A DNA stretch of 64,000 nt from Chlorokybus atmophyticus (taxonomy: Eukaryota; Plantae; Mesostigma and Chlorokybus algae), in NCBI GenBank assembly GCA_009103225.1, contig RHPI01002533.1, forward strand, positions 833,368 through 897,367, in the 5' to 3' direction. Within the stretch, counting starts at the first letter, position 1. Each line of letters begins with the position of its first letter. Position numbers and translations under genes: made by a program. The notes beneath the pieces are model-generated. The model did no database searches. It was not told the origin of the DNA and saw nothing but the letters and a program-made list of their open reading frames with translations. This document shows positions 62,242 through 64,000 of the stretch, piece after piece.

Positions 62242-64000
62242 ATGGATCATGGCAGGCGTCAGCAATGGGGCTGTCCAACATGCATCACCAACATTGGACA
62301 AACCAGCAGGCAAGCCATTAAAGACCATCTTCACACAGAGAGCTGCTTGGTGGCTCGCTTTCTGCAACAGGGAGTGGATCAGGAGCTGCAGTCCTTGGAG
62401 CCCCTTGTCAGAACCATGCGGGACCAGTTGCGGCTGTGGGAACAAGCACAAAGGAATGCAGAGGTACGCTCAACAGTCACATGCATTTCCTTGCAAGAGC
62501 AATTTGTTTTTTAGCGCAGTCCATGTGATATATGTAGCGTGGCTGCAGGCCTCCACTATTCACCCATACCCACCCTACAGTCAAGCCGACATTGCGGAAG
62601 CAAGAGCAGATAGACAGAGCTGGGCGGCGGTATGTTGTTGCCAATCTCGCTGTGCATGTTGACTGCAATGTCGGCTCCAATGCATGCCTACCTTTGCATG
62701 CTAGGATGTGCGTGAGCGTGCGAAGTCGCGCGCGCGTGCCGAACGAAGTAGGCTGGGTTTGAGCACAGGAGCGCGTGGCCATTCGTCCGGCATTCAACCA
62801 ATAGTGCATCAACCAGCAATGACGCAGTCCATGCAATCATTCGTGCATCAACCAGCAATGCCGCAGGTGACTGTTCGAAGCAACCAACTGATGACGGTGT
62901 GACGCAGTTGACTATTGCAATTGCAGTGTCGCAAGCATGCAGCTAACCCACATGTGATTGGTTGACAGCACCACAGTGCACTAAGTCCTGTTGGAGCTCC
63001 TATGCAAGCCTGGATTCAATCCCATCAACTGGTCCTTCAATCCCACTTGCTGATGGGCGCGGCGGCAATGCGGCATCAGTTTAACATGCATGTTGGCCTG
63101 TTGAATCCCGACATGTCCATTGGGGCAGTGGCGCATGATGTGCCCATGGCTCAAGAGCTCCGTGACGAGTCTGCCATCGAGGGTGGCGGGGAGAGTGCAG
63201 CCAATACCACCTTGTCAGCCCCCATGGCTTCCCCTGCTCCATGCAGCCCACGGGCCATTGAGGTAAGTCGCTGTCTTTTATGCTCGTGCCTTGGTAACAA
63301 TGCGTCAGGCACTGCATAAGCTTATATTCGTCCTTTGCAACATTGTGAGCCATCTTATCCTGGGTCCTGTATACAGCCCCCCTTGCTGCATGCACAAGTG
63401 GTCTCACCTGCAGCTCCTGCTCCCCTCCCAGCCAGAGCGCAACCACCTTCCGCGGCACCAGTCCTTCATGCACTGCCATCTCCTCCACGAGCAGCACCGG
63501 TGATTGCGGGGCAACAATCCTTCTTGCCGCCACCGGCGAGACCACAGCACAATGCAACAACCGATGTGGCTTCTGCACCTACCTTACCCCACCCGCTGCA
63601 AGTTGAAGCCGGCAGTCTGCCCCAAACTCAGGTACTTTATCAGTCACTGTGACTCTTGCCGTCCACAGTTGGACACACCATGTGAGTGCTGTATGCGCAT
63701 GCAGCAGGGGTCACCACCTGCCAGCGAGTCATCAGAGGAGCTGGCCGCAACCCGCATACGGCCATCAGTCATGCTAGGTGGCCAGCTCGCCTCATGGGAC
63801 CACTTCAATGCGCCAACGGATGGTAACTGCTTCTACCATTGTGTATTTCGCGCCAGGCCATCCATAGCGCAAAGTGTCCTGGATGATCACAAGTGCCCCA
63901 GCTCGAGCAGATTTTGGGCCATGCTGGACACCATGGACGACGACGGCAGGGGGCACACTCTCCGCAAAATCACCGCCAAGGCTGTCGATGCAGGCGTGGC
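62242..64000 (+). CDS. Spliced protein with N-terminal C2H2-like zinc finger and OTU-like cysteine-protease domain (3' partial)
   Basis: Direct: exons 62242-62463, 62549-62629, 62705-62866, 62969-63262, 63377-63631, 63708->64000; WGCPTCITNIGQTSRQAIKDHLHTESC; FNAPTDGNCFYHCVF (OTU D-x-x-C box at 63819-63830). Start uncertain. Confidence 0.7.

Larger units (their letters stand above)
58996..64000. mobile_element. Unclassified large insertion (>5 kb, runs off the window) nested in the pogo transposase
   Basis: Direct: abrupt break of the transposase ORF, subterminal tandem array and two divergent spliced genes. Mobile nature is inferred from position; the right end, TSD and transposase are not visible. 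Confidence 0.7.

Overview
Eukaryotic nuclear DNA from an intron-rich, gene-dense green-lineage genome. It has plant-type AAACCCTA telo-boxes and homologues of SEUSS, OCP3, PTAC5, UPF0114, a plant-type TRAF zinc-finger protein and Cu/Zn-SOD. An early-diverging streptophyte alga is my inference, not something the sequence shows directly. I reconstructed 13 spliced host genes by reading GT/GC-AG splice sites and checking codon phase where stated: an orphan coiled-coil protein, a signal-peptide Cu/Zn-SOD, a SAM-domain protein, EAPP, a TRAF-type zinc-finger protein, a GT49/LARGE-like glycosyltransferase, PTAC5, MUS81, DDX51, OCP3, a MATE transporter, UPF0114, SURF6; plus SEUSS, whose 3' end I could not resolve. 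Mobile DNA comprises LTR-like ends near the first gap and a complete 4256-bp TA-flanked pogo-type DD35D transposon with an intact 5-exon transposase. A second pogo element is cut inside its catalytic domain by a >5-kb unclassified insertion (~58996 to beyond 64000). That insertion is the most unusual thing here. It carries a strictly phased 53-bp repeat array, an intact 7-exon orphan gene, a palindrome/GTAC-rich divergent spacer and a spliced zinc-finger + OTU-protease-like gene. There are two assembly gaps (1001-1089, 57928-58170). No searches or computations were run; family calls rest on recalled motifs.
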